From positions 160,001 to 224,000 of the forward strand of contig CAWCKJ010000002.1 of assembly GCA_963796105.1 (NCBI GenBank): a stretch of DNA of 64,000 nt, written 5' to 3'. Source of the DNA: a candidate division FCPU426 bacterium. Its GTDB lineage: Bacteria > Oederibacteriota > Muellerivitia > Muellerivitales > Muellerivitaceae. This document shows, one piece after another, positions 7,707 through 15,780 of this stretch (positions are counted from its first letter, which is position 1; every line of letters begins with the position of its first letter). The translations under genes and the position numbers were made by a program. A model generated the notes under the pieces. That model was not told where the DNA came from. It saw only the letters and a list, made by a program, of their open reading frames with translations, and ran no database searches.

Positions 7707-7952
7707 CTTTTTTCTTTTTTTCGTCCCCATCACTCAAGCTTTCATATAATCCATGGGGATTCGTTATGCAAAGGGAGCACGCTAGTTCGCTCCACACATT
7801 CCCCTGTGGGTTTCTCGATATGAAACTTTTAGATATTCCCTTTTAGATTGCTAGTTGAAATAAACTTAGAGGGTTCCCCTTGCGCTCATTTAAAATTGTT
7901 CCAATAGGCCTTTTGCAGGAAGCTTTCATGAAGGGGCCGGGGTTTTTAAAAC
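7707..7952. repeat. ~245-nt structured intergenic element, copy B
   Basis: Colinear with 3972-4213; same 29-mer at 7787-7815. Confidence 0.85.
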
Positions 7953-7989
7953 CGACAATAAAAGATTTTCCAATACAAAATATAACGAC

Positions 7990-8775
7990 TTGGAGAGAAC
8001 GGTGAAGTCTTCGACGGAAAACATGTTGGGATACGCCGTGGACAAGAGGGAACCGGCCTTGTACGTGGACGAGGTCTCCGACTGGATCGCGAAAGGGGAC
8101 CATTGCAAATGGCTGGCCTGCGTCAATCCCTACTCCTACATGGTGTCCCTCAAGGATGAGGTATTCTCCAAGGCCCTGCGCGACGCGGACTGGCTGATCC
8201 CCGACGGGATCGGGATCGTGATCGCCTCGCGGCTGTTGAGGGGCGACATCCGTGAGAGGGTGACGGGCTTCGACTTGTTCGACCTTCTCCAAAAGAGGCT
8301 GGATGAGGCCGGGGGATACAGGGTGTTCATCCTGGGCTCCACCGAGGTCAACCTCTCGGATATCTGGGAGAAGATGAAGAAGGATTACCCCCATTTCAAG
8401 GTGGGGGGAATCTACTCCCCGCCGTACAAGAGCGAATTCACCCGCGAGGACACCCAGGCCATGGTGGATGCCGTCAACGCGTCGGGCGCCGACGTGCTCT
8501 GGGTGGGCATGACGGCCCCCAAGCAGGAAAAATGGATTTTCGAGAACCGCCACAAGCTCAAGGTGAAGTTCGCCGGGGCCATCGGCGGGGCCTTTGACTT
8601 CTACTCGGGCCGCAAGATGAGGGCGCCGAGGCTTATCCAGAAGGTGGGAATGGAATGGGTGGTCAGGCTGGCCCAGGAGCCCTTCCGGCTATGGCCCAGG
8701 TTTTTCCTGTCCCTGCTTTTTTTCTGGAAGCTGTTCCTGGCCATGATGTTCGGCAAAAAGCCGATGAAGGAATAG
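7990..8775 (+). CDS. WecB/TagA/CpsF-family glycosyltransferase (GT26)
   Basis: LIPDGIGIV, ERVTGFDL, LWVGMTAPKQEKW, GMEWVVRLAQEP; true start may be GTG 8002 or ATG 8023. Confidence 0.9.
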   Translation: MERTVKSSTENMLGYAVDKREPALYVDEVSDWIAKGDHCKWLACVNPYSYMVSLKDEVFSKALRDADWLIPDGIGIVIASRLLRGDIRERVTGFDLFDLLQKRLDEAGGYRVFILGSTEVNLSDIWEKMKKDYPHFKVGGIYSPPYKSEFTREDTQAMVDAVNASGADVLWVGMTAPKQEKWIFENRHKLKVKFAGAIGGAFDFYSGRKMRAPRLIQKVGMEWVVRLAQEPFRLWPRFFLSLLFFWKLFLAMMFGKKPMKE

Positions 8776-8802
8776 GCTTGGCCGCTGAAGCGGAATTTTA
8801 AA

Positions 8803-9201
8803 TCATGGGATGCAACGGAAACCATGCTCCCGAAAATGTTTGTCGAAGGTAAGGATCTCTTTAATCCCGTTCCGGCGCATTACCTCAAAACTGACACAAT
8901 CCACCAAACTTAAATCCCTTTTCTTGGCCGTCATTACGGCGGACAGCCCCGCGTTATGCGCTGCCTCGTCCACCCAAACCACCGATAGGATGGGGACGAC
9001 ATCCTTCTGGAAATCGGATAGGGCCGCGAGACCCAGCCGGTTTTGGATAAGGGAACAGGTCTCCAAAAGAATGTAATTAGTGCAAACTAGCGCCGGGTCC
9101 GTTTCCATCAGGGATTTCCACGACTGGTCCGCCCTCTCGTGAAAACGGTCGTTCATGGTTAAAAGGGCGATGAAAAAAGAGGTGTCGACAAAGACGCTCA
9201 C
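8803..9201 (-). CDS. vapC: VapC-family PIN-domain toxin
   Basis: VFVDTSFFIA...LSLVDCVSF...TFDKHF. Confidence 0.9.
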   Translation of the reverse strand: MSVFVDTSFFIALLTMNDRFHERADQSWKSLMETDPALVCTNYILLETCSLIQNRLGLAALSDFQKDVVPILSVVWVDEAAHNAGLSAVMTAKKRDLSLVDCVSFEVMRRNGIKEILTFDKHFREHGFRCIP

Positions 9202-9443
9202 TGGGCGTAATCCCCGGCCAGGTACTTGTCATGGCGCAGGGAAAGGTCGGAATGGCGGGAATGGAATTTCCCGGATATGGCGATGGCGCGTTCCCGCCTT
9301 TCCTCCGGACTCAGACTTCCGTTTTTCAGGTATAAATCAACCCCTTGGCGGATGGCCTCGGCCATTGAGATTTTTCGCTTCCGGGATAATTTTTTCAAGG
9401 AAATGGTTTGTTTCTGGGTCAATTGGATCTGGGTGCGGACCAT
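9198..9443 (-). CDS. CopG/RHH-family antitoxin (VapB-like)
   Basis: MVRTQIQLT...SMAEAIRQGVD...DLSLRHDKYL; GTGA overlap with vapC. Confidence 0.85.
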   Translation of the reverse strand: MVRTQIQLTQKQTISLKKLSRKRKISMAEAIRQGVDLYLKNGSLSPEERRERAIAISGKFHSRHSDLSLRHDKYLAGDYAQ

Positions 9444-9456
9444 CGGAACCTCCTCG

Positions 9457-9486
9457 GTGATAACACATTACTAATTATGATATCAC
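9457..9486. promoter_or_regulatory. Inverted repeat, candidate autoregulatory operator of the vapBC pair
   Basis: GTGATA-N18-TATCAC directly upstream of the RHH gene. Confidence 0.4.
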
Positions 9487-9566
9487 TTTGGTTCAAGGCT
9501 TCAAGCCCCGTCAAGGGTAGGCCTTTCGGTGAAATCCTTGGCCCTGATACGCCCGCGGGTTATTGG

Positions 9567-10715
9567 CTAAATCAAAACACCTTTTATCAAATCTCGGACT
9601 TTCTCGCCCGAGGTTTTCCAATTCAACCTTTGGGAATATTCCCCGAAAGAGGAAAGGGCCAGCCGCTCATATTCCTTGGGGTCTGTCATGAGCCTGGTGA
9701 TGAAATCGCAATAGGCTTCGGGGCCGGCATTGACCGGGAAGGTTTGGCCGTTTTTGCCGTTGAGGATGACGGAGGGGACCCCCCCGATCCGGGGCGCCAG
9801 GGAGGGCAGGCCGAAGGACGAGGCCTCGGCGAAGACGATGCCGAAACACTCAGCCCTGGTCGGCACCACCAGGAAATGGGCCTGGGAGTACAAGTCGTCC
9901 AGCTTTTTCCGGCCCTCGCCCGTCTTTTTGGATAGGACTCCATGCCGTTTCACGAAATCAGGCAGGGGGCCTGGCGGCTCGCAGCCTACCACGTCCAATT
10001 GGGTCTTGATCCCGCGGTTGTTCATTTCCTCCGCGATTTTCAGGGCGGTGTCCCCGCCCTTCCAGCGCCAATTCCCGCCGATGAAAAGCAGTTTGCAGGA
10101 ACCGAAACTTTTGGAAGCGGTGATTTTCTTGACCATGGAAGTGTCCCGGCCGCATTCCAGGTTCGCCCCAAAGGGCACGACCTTCACCTTCGCTGGGTCC
10201 AGGCCGTAGTCCTTGACCGCGGAGTCCGCGGCCCATTTCGTGCTGAAAATGGCCAGGCGGCACTTGTTGAGGAACAATTGTTCCGTCAGGTTCCCATCCC
10301 TCAGGGATTCCGCCGGCAGGTTGGAATCATAGGCCGGGATGAACTCACCCCATCCGGCGAAGGTGAAATCGCTCCAATAGATAACGGGTTTGGTTGTTTG
10401 CAAATAAGAAAAAGGCGCGGAACCGCCGATCACGAAAACGGCGTCGCTTTCGACTTTCAAGAGGGCTTGATCCGCCCGGCGGCACAAATGCCGGACCAAG
10501 GGCGGGTATCGCAGCCGGTCGAAATCCCTTCGCTGGAAGGCCTTGTACAGAAGCTGTTTTGCCCGGGAAGTCAGGAAATGGAATCCCTCGCCCAGGTTTC
10601 CGATGGGGATGGTGGTTATACCGGCGCCGGTCAAGGCGCGGTTCATGTAATAGGCCGTCCCGGACCAGACCGACAGGTTCGAGGAATCGTCCTTGGTGAT
10701 GTAGGCTAAACGCAT
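9567..10715 (-). CDS. Glycosyltransferase family 4 (paralog 3)
   Basis: MRLAY...WSGT...VPFGANL...WKGG...RAECFGIVFAEASSFG; GAGG RBS before ATG 10715. Confidence 0.9.
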   Translation of the reverse strand: MRLAYITKDDSSNLSVWSGTAYYMNRALTGAGITTIPIGNLGEGFHFLTSRAKQLLYKAFQRRDFDRLRYPPLVRHLCRRADQALLKVESDAVFVIGGSAPFSYLQTTKPVIYWSDFTFAGWGEFIPAYDSNLPAESLRDGNLTEQLFLNKCRLAIFSTKWAADSAVKDYGLDPAKVKVVPFGANLECGRDTSMVKKITASKSFGSCKLLFIGGNWRWKGGDTALKIAEEMNNRGIKTQLDVVGCEPPGPLPDFVKRHGVLSKKTGEGRKKLDDLYSQAHFLVVPTRAECFGIVFAEASSFGLPSLAPRIGGVPSVILNGKNGQTFPVNAGPEAYCDFITRLMTDPKEYERLALSSFGEYSQRLNWKTSGEKVRDLIKGVLI

Positions 10716-10833
10716 GGAACCTCGGTAAAAAACAATGAAAAATGAACAATGAAAAATGAAAATCGAAAAGATTTCTTCTTTCACTTTTCGCATAGCCGCT
10801 CATTATCAATTGTTCATTATACATTTTTCATTA
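10716..10833. repeat. Heptamer inverted-array spacer, copy A
   Basis: (AATGAAN)n ... (NTTCATT)n; near-identical to 11984-12108. Confidence 0.9.
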
Positions 10834-11983
10834 TATTCTTCGTACCGCAGTGCTTGTGGATGAGATCCCTCACCTTTTTTCCCGAGGTTTCCCAGTTTAA
10901 CCGTTGCTGGTATTCCTTTAAGGAGGAAAGGCACAGCTTTTCATAGAGGTTCTTGTTTTTCATGAGACCCGCGATGTACCCGCTGTAGGCCTCAGGGCCG
11001 GCTTTGAGCGGGAAGGTCCGGCCGTTTTTACCGTCCCGGATGACTGAGGGAACGCCCCCGATCTTGGGCGCGAGGGAGGGAACCCCGAAGGACGAGGCCT
11101 CGGCGAAGACGATCCCGAAAGCCTCCGACCGGGTGGGCAGGATCAGGAAATGGGCTTTGGCGTACAGCTCATCCAATTTCTCCCGCCCTTGCCTGGTTTT
11201 CTTGGAGATGAAACCGTGGGGTTGGACGAAGCCGGGGACGGGGCTAGGCGGTTCGCAGCCAACGACATGCAATACAGTCTTGATCCCGCGCCGGTTGAGA
11301 AGCTCCGCAGTTTTCAAGGCGGTTTCCCCGCCTTTCCAATGCCAATTCGTCCCAACGAACAACAATTCGCAGGCATGGGCGCTTTTCCCCGCGATGATTT
11401 TCCTGACAGAGGAAGAGTCCCGATCACATTCCAGGTTCGCCCCGAAAGGCACGATTTTGACTTTCTTGGGATCGAGATCATAGTGCCGGAAGGCGGTCTT
11501 CGCGGCCCAATCGGAGCTGAAGACGACCAAACGGCATTTGGAAAGGAACTCCTGCTCCATTTTTATTTCGTCCCGGATCGTCTCGGAACAAAGACGGGAG
11601 TGGTAGGGATTAAAATCCACCAGGGAGGCGAGTGTGGAGTCCGCCCAAAAAACGATGGGATTATCCGTCCGGGAAAAGGAAAGGGGAAGGGGATCCACGC
11701 AAAAAATCGCGTCATAAGTCTGGGATAAAAGGGCCTTCTCGATTTGCCGGTAAAAGTGCCGGTTCAGCGCGGGATCGCCTTGCCGAAGGTATTCCCTGGA
11801 AAGAACAAATTTATAGAGGACTTTCTTGATTCCGGTGGATAGGTAATGCCAGCCCTCCTTCAGGCGATCGACCGGGAGGATCTGGAGACCTGCTTGCTCC
11901 AACGAGTGCCTCATGTAGAAGGCGGTGCCGGACCAGTAGTTGATATCGGAAGAATCCCCGATGGAAACGTAGGCTAGGCGCAT
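10817..11983 (-). CDS. Glycosyltransferase family 4 (paralog 2)
   Basis: Same motifs as its neighbours, RSEAFGIVFAEASSFG. Confidence 0.9.
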   Translation of the reverse strand: MRLAYVSIGDSSDINYWSGTAFYMRHSLEQAGLQILPVDRLKEGWHYLSTGIKKVLYKFVLSREYLRQGDPALNRHFYRQIEKALLSQTYDAIFCVDPLPLSFSRTDNPIVFWADSTLASLVDFNPYHSRLCSETIRDEIKMEQEFLSKCRLVVFSSDWAAKTAFRHYDLDPKKVKIVPFGANLECDRDSSSVRKIIAGKSAHACELLFVGTNWHWKGGETALKTAELLNRRGIKTVLHVVGCEPPSPVPGFVQPHGFISKKTRQGREKLDELYAKAHFLILPTRSEAFGIVFAEASSFGVPSLAPKIGGVPSVIRDGKNGRTFPLKAGPEAYSGYIAGLMKNKNLYEKLCLSSLKEYQQRLNWETSGKKVRDLIHKHCGTKNIMKNV

Positions 11984-12108
11984 GAAACCTCGGTAAAAAA
12001 CAATGAAAAATGAACAATGAAGAATGAAAAATGAAAATCGAAAAGATTTCTTCTTTCGCTTTTCGCATTGCCGCTCATTATCAATTGTTCATTATACATT
12101 TTTCATTG
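11984..12108. repeat. Heptamer inverted-array spacer, copy B
   Basis: As copy A but with one extra AATGAAG unit. Confidence 0.9.
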
Positions 12109-13258
12109 TAACTTTCGGTTTGCAGTGCTTGAGGATGAGATCCCTCATCTTTTTACCGGAGGTCTTCCAATTCAAGCGCTCCTCGTATTCCCTGAAGGAG
12201 GAAAGGCATAGTCTTTCATAGCGCTTCCTCTCTTTCATGAGCTTGGCAATGTAACCGCAATAGGCCTCGGGAGGGGCGCCGGGGGGGAAGATCTGGCCGT
12301 TCTTACCGTTATGCACGGCCGTGGAATTACCGCCCACGTCCGCGGACAAGGAAGGCAGGCCGAAAGAGGAGGCCTCGGCGAAGGTGACGGCGCAGCAATC
12401 CGCCCTGGAGGGAAGCAGCAAGAAATGGGATTCGGAATACAATGCGTCCAAAAACCTGCGGCCCCTTCCGGTATTTTTGGACAGGAACCCATGGCGCCGA
12501 ACGAAACCAGGCGTGGGGCCAGGCGGTTCGCATCCCACCACGTGCAACAGCGTCTTGATGCCGCGCTGGTTGAGAAGCTCCGCCGTCCGCACCGCCAAAT
12601 CCCCGCCTTTCCTTTCCCACTGAACCCCGACGAACAATAATACGCAGGGATCGAAATAGCGGCCCGCGATGATTTTCTTGACCGCGGGAAGGTCCCGGCC
12701 GCATTCCAGGTTTGCCCCGAATGGAACGACTTTCACCTTTTTAGGGTCGACATCATAGTGCTGGAGGGCGGTCTCGGCCGCCCAGTCGGAACTGAAAACG
12801 GCCAGGCGGCACTTGGAAAGGAGCTTCCGCTCCATATTCATCTCATCGCGGATCGTCTCGGCGCACAGGCGGGTGTGCTGGGGATAATAATCCACCAAAG
12901 CCGGGAAGACGCAGTCGTGCCAATAGACGACCGGTTTATCCGTTTCCAGGGAGGAGAGGGGAAGGGTGTCCACGCCGAAAACAACGTCGGGCTCTATGGC
13001 GGAGATGGCTTTTCCGGCCTGGCGGCTTAAGCTTTTAAGCAGGGAAGGGTCCCCATGCCTGTGATAATTTTTCCGCAGGAACAGTTGATAAAGGAATTTT
13101 TTCAAATGGGTCGTCAGGTATAGGAAGCCTTCTTTCAATGGACCGGCGGGGATGACCTCCAGTCCGCTTTCCCGCAGGGAGCGGTGGATATAGTGGGTCA
13201 AGCCGGACCAATCATCCTGATCCGAGGGATCTTTACGAGTCAAATACGCTAATTTCAT
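12092..13258 (-). CDS. Glycosyltransferase family 4 (paralog 1)
   Basis: MKLAY...VPFGANL...RKGG...RADCCAVTFAEASSFG. Confidence 0.9.
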   Translation of the reverse strand: MKLAYLTRKDPSDQDDWSGLTHYIHRSLRESGLEVIPAGPLKEGFLYLTTHLKKFLYQLFLRKNYHRHGDPSLLKSLSRQAGKAISAIEPDVVFGVDTLPLSSLETDKPVVYWHDCVFPALVDYYPQHTRLCAETIRDEMNMERKLLSKCRLAVFSSDWAAETALQHYDVDPKKVKVVPFGANLECGRDLPAVKKIIAGRYFDPCVLLFVGVQWERKGGDLAVRTAELLNQRGIKTLLHVVGCEPPGPTPGFVRRHGFLSKNTGRGRRFLDALYSESHFLLLPSRADCCAVTFAEASSFGLPSLSADVGGNSTAVHNGKNGQIFPPGAPPEAYCGYIAKLMKERKRYERLCLSSFREYEERLNWKTSGKKMRDLILKHCKPKVTMKNV

Positions 13259-13382
13259 ATGGAAATAATCCTTTGCGTCCGAGGCCAGTATCGCGAAACA
13301 CCCGGGGTCTAAGGGCAAATCTTAATAACTGTGCCAAAGGGTGTCGGCTGAGAAATACCTGAAATTCAAACAAGGAAAAAGG

Positions 13383-15059
13383 CTAGTTCAGGCGGGAATG
13401 GTCGTTCAGCGAGACCTCGCCGCTGGCCGCCAAGGGAACCTTGGCCCGCTTGGAACGGTGGCGGCGCCGAAGCAGGCTGGAAGTCAGGCGGGGAGAAGGA
13501 ATCCGGACGGGCTGGCTGTCAGTGGAGGGGACCGGCGCTGGTTTCAAAAAGGCGATCCGCTCCAGGGCCTCCCTCATGAACTCGCTCAACAAAACGTGGT
13601 ACTCCACGTCCAACTCATCCTCCACGGTGTGGGGTTCGAAGATCCAATTCGCGGCTCCCAAGGTGGGCTTGTGCTCGACGCGGTCCTTGAACACGCTGAA
13701 GTTTCCCGTCAGGATTTCCGTCTTGATCTCGGTCAAATATTGCTTTTGCTCGTGCATGGGCTTTTCCCAGAATGCGGCGCAGGGATACTGACCGGGTCCG
13801 GCTGGCACTTGGAGGCGGTAGGCTTGCACGCCGAATTCCAGGCAAACCTGGTTGATGAGCTGGAGCACGTCATCCTGGTGGATGACTAGGCCGAGTTTCG
13901 CTTTTTGCATGGAAATAAAATGGTGGGAGATCAGGAAATGAGGCCGCGTGAAATTGATGACATGCGGCTTCAGGAAGTCCAAAAAACCCAGGATGGGAAA
14001 GGAAAGGCCCAAGAGGGCTCCCGAAACAACCAAGAGCCAAGTGGCCCTCCCGAACTCGTGCCCGATAATGGCGAAGGCGCTCCAACCCGTGAGGAGGGTG
14101 AAGGACAGGGCGATCAGGCAGATCCATTTTTTCTGGAGGCCCAGGGCCAGCATGCGGTGATGCAGGTGGCCGCGGTCCGCGCGGCCGAGGGGACGCCCGT
14201 GAAGGGACCGGCGGGCGACCGTCAGGAGGATTTCCAGGGCCGGATAGGCAACCAGAAGAGTGAGCACGAAAACCTGGTAATGGAAGGGCTGTCCGGCGGT
14301 CTCGGGGTTATGGGCGATTCCGGGAAGCCAGTTATGGGTTTGGCCCAGGCCGATTAGCAAGCCGCCCAAAAGCATGGCCAAGCCGTTGGAGCCGCAATCC
14401 CCCAGGTAAATCTTGGCAGGGGCCCAGTTGAATTTCAGGAAACCCAGGACCGCGCCGAAAGCGGCCAGGCAAAGAAGCATTCCCCCCGGGTTGTCAGCCA
14501 GGGCGGAGGCCGCGCTCAGCGATAGGAGTGAACCCGCGAAAATGGTGGAGGCCAAGCCGTCCAATCCATCCACCATGTTGAAGGCGTTGATGACGGAAAG
14601 GAGCCAGAAAACCGTCAAGGGAACCGACATGAAACCCAGTGGAAAGGGAGGGAGGCCCGGGACGTGCATGACCTCGAAGCGGAAACCAAAAACAGCGAAA
14701 AGCGCCGTGAAAAAGACCTGCCCGATGAGCTTGTACCTGGCGCGGACCTGGTGAAGGTCGTCCCAAAGGCCCACAACGGCGAGCCCCAAACTGCAGGCCA
14801 GGATAATGGCGATTTTTTCGAAAGCCTGTGTTTCCATGTTGGACAAAAAGCCGAGGGCCCAAGCCAGAAAGAGGGAAAGGAGGATGGATGTGAAAACGGC
14901 CGCGCCGCCCAGGTAGGCGACGGCTTGGGAATGGTGCTTTCGGTGGCCCGGCTGGTCCAGCCAGCTGAAGCGGTGCGCCAGGCGGATGGCCAGGGGCGTC
15001 AGGATGAATCCTAACCCCAGGCTCGACAAGAAAATGAAAATATACTCGTTATAAATCAT
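13383..15059 (-). CDS. WecA/MraY-family polyprenyl-phosphate GlcNAc-1-P transferase with a ~200-aa C-terminal extension
   Basis: GLWDD, NAFNMVDGLDGL, FNWAPAKIYLGDCGS, DRGHLHHRM. Confidence 0.85.
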   Translation of the reverse strand: MIYNEYIFIFLSSLGLGFILTPLAIRLAHRFSWLDQPGHRKHHSQAVAYLGGAAVFTSILLSLFLAWALGFLSNMETQAFEKIAIILACSLGLAVVGLWDDLHQVRARYKLIGQVFFTALFAVFGFRFEVMHVPGLPPFPLGFMSVPLTVFWLLSVINAFNMVDGLDGLASTIFAGSLLSLSAASALADNPGGMLLCLAAFGAVLGFLKFNWAPAKIYLGDCGSNGLAMLLGGLLIGLGQTHNWLPGIAHNPETAGQPFHYQVFVLTLLVAYPALEILLTVARRSLHGRPLGRADRGHLHHRMLALGLQKKWICLIALSFTLLTGWSAFAIIGHEFGRATWLLVVSGALLGLSFPILGFLDFLKPHVINFTRPHFLISHHFISMQKAKLGLVIHQDDVLQLINQVCLEFGVQAYRLQVPAGPGQYPCAAFWEKPMHEQKQYLTEIKTEILTGNFSVFKDRVEHKPTLGAANWIFEPHTVEDELDVEYHVLLSEFMREALERIAFLKPAPVPSTDSQPVRIPSPRLTSSLLRRRHRSKRAKVPLAASGEVSLNDHSRLN

Positions 15060-15085
15060 TCCAACTGCCTCTTCTCTTTCCTGGG

Positions 15086-15643
15086 TTACTTGCCGCCGAG
15101 GGTTTGCCCGATATTCCAGGTCACGCCAGCCTTGATCCCGACATCATGAAGGGGAGCGAGGAGAATGACCGGGGTGTAGATGTCGTACTTGAGGCCCAGG
15201 TCGAGCGCCATGCCGGGCCCGAGTACGAAGGCGCTGTAGCCGAGAGCCGCCCCACCGTGGAAGTTGCCGGGAGCCGAGTGGTTGAGGGAGTCTTGAATCA
15301 GGTTATAGCCGAACATTGGCTGGATGTAAAACTCGCCGCTGTTGTCAGAACCAAATGGAAAGATTTTCCCGCCTAAGTCAAAGGAGCAGGTCTGCCAGGA
15401 TCCTGTGAGGTAGTCCGCGAAGGAGAACCCCCCGCCAAAGGCGATGGACTCCAGGGGGCGCCAGTCCGCGAAAATGGAGCCGCCGACCCCGCTGGTGAGG
15501 CTGATGTTGGAAGGTCCTCCGAGGGCTCCCTGGCCCGACACGTCGAGGGTCAGGTTGTACTCCGAATAAGTCCCTGCTTGTGCGCTTTGGCCAGCGAGGG
15601 CCAGGAACGCGAAGGATGCGGCGATTCTCAAGAATTTTTTCAC
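15086..15643 (-). CDS. Secreted small outer-membrane beta-barrel-like protein
   Basis: Signal peptide (AQA), alternating aromatic/Gly strands; paralogous to barrel domains in the two neighbours. Confidence 0.65.
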   Translation of the reverse strand: MKKFLRIAASFAFLALAGQSAQAGTYSEYNLTLDVSGQGALGGPSNISLTSGVGGSIFADWRPLESIAFGGGFSFADYLTGSWQTCSFDLGGKIFPFGSDNSGEFYIQPMFGYNLIQDSLNHSAPGNFHGGAALGYSAFVLGPGMALDLGLKYDIYTPVILLAPLHDVGIKAGVTWNIGQTLGGK

Positions 15644-15780
15644 GACAATCTCCTTTTATTACACTTTTTTAAGATCCCCTACCAGCCCGGGGTTTTAATC
15701 AGGCCCCGGATTCAGAACCGTTCAGCACTGAAACTTATCTTCTACTTGTCCCTAAACCCTCCCCGGGTCGAAGCTGCGGG

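Noticed and set aside
10716..10793. N-terminal extension MRKVKEEIFSIFIFHCSFFIV of the third GT4
   Set aside because: It is a translation of the heptamer repeat; paralogs begin at M(R/K)LAY and an RBS precedes ATG 10715.
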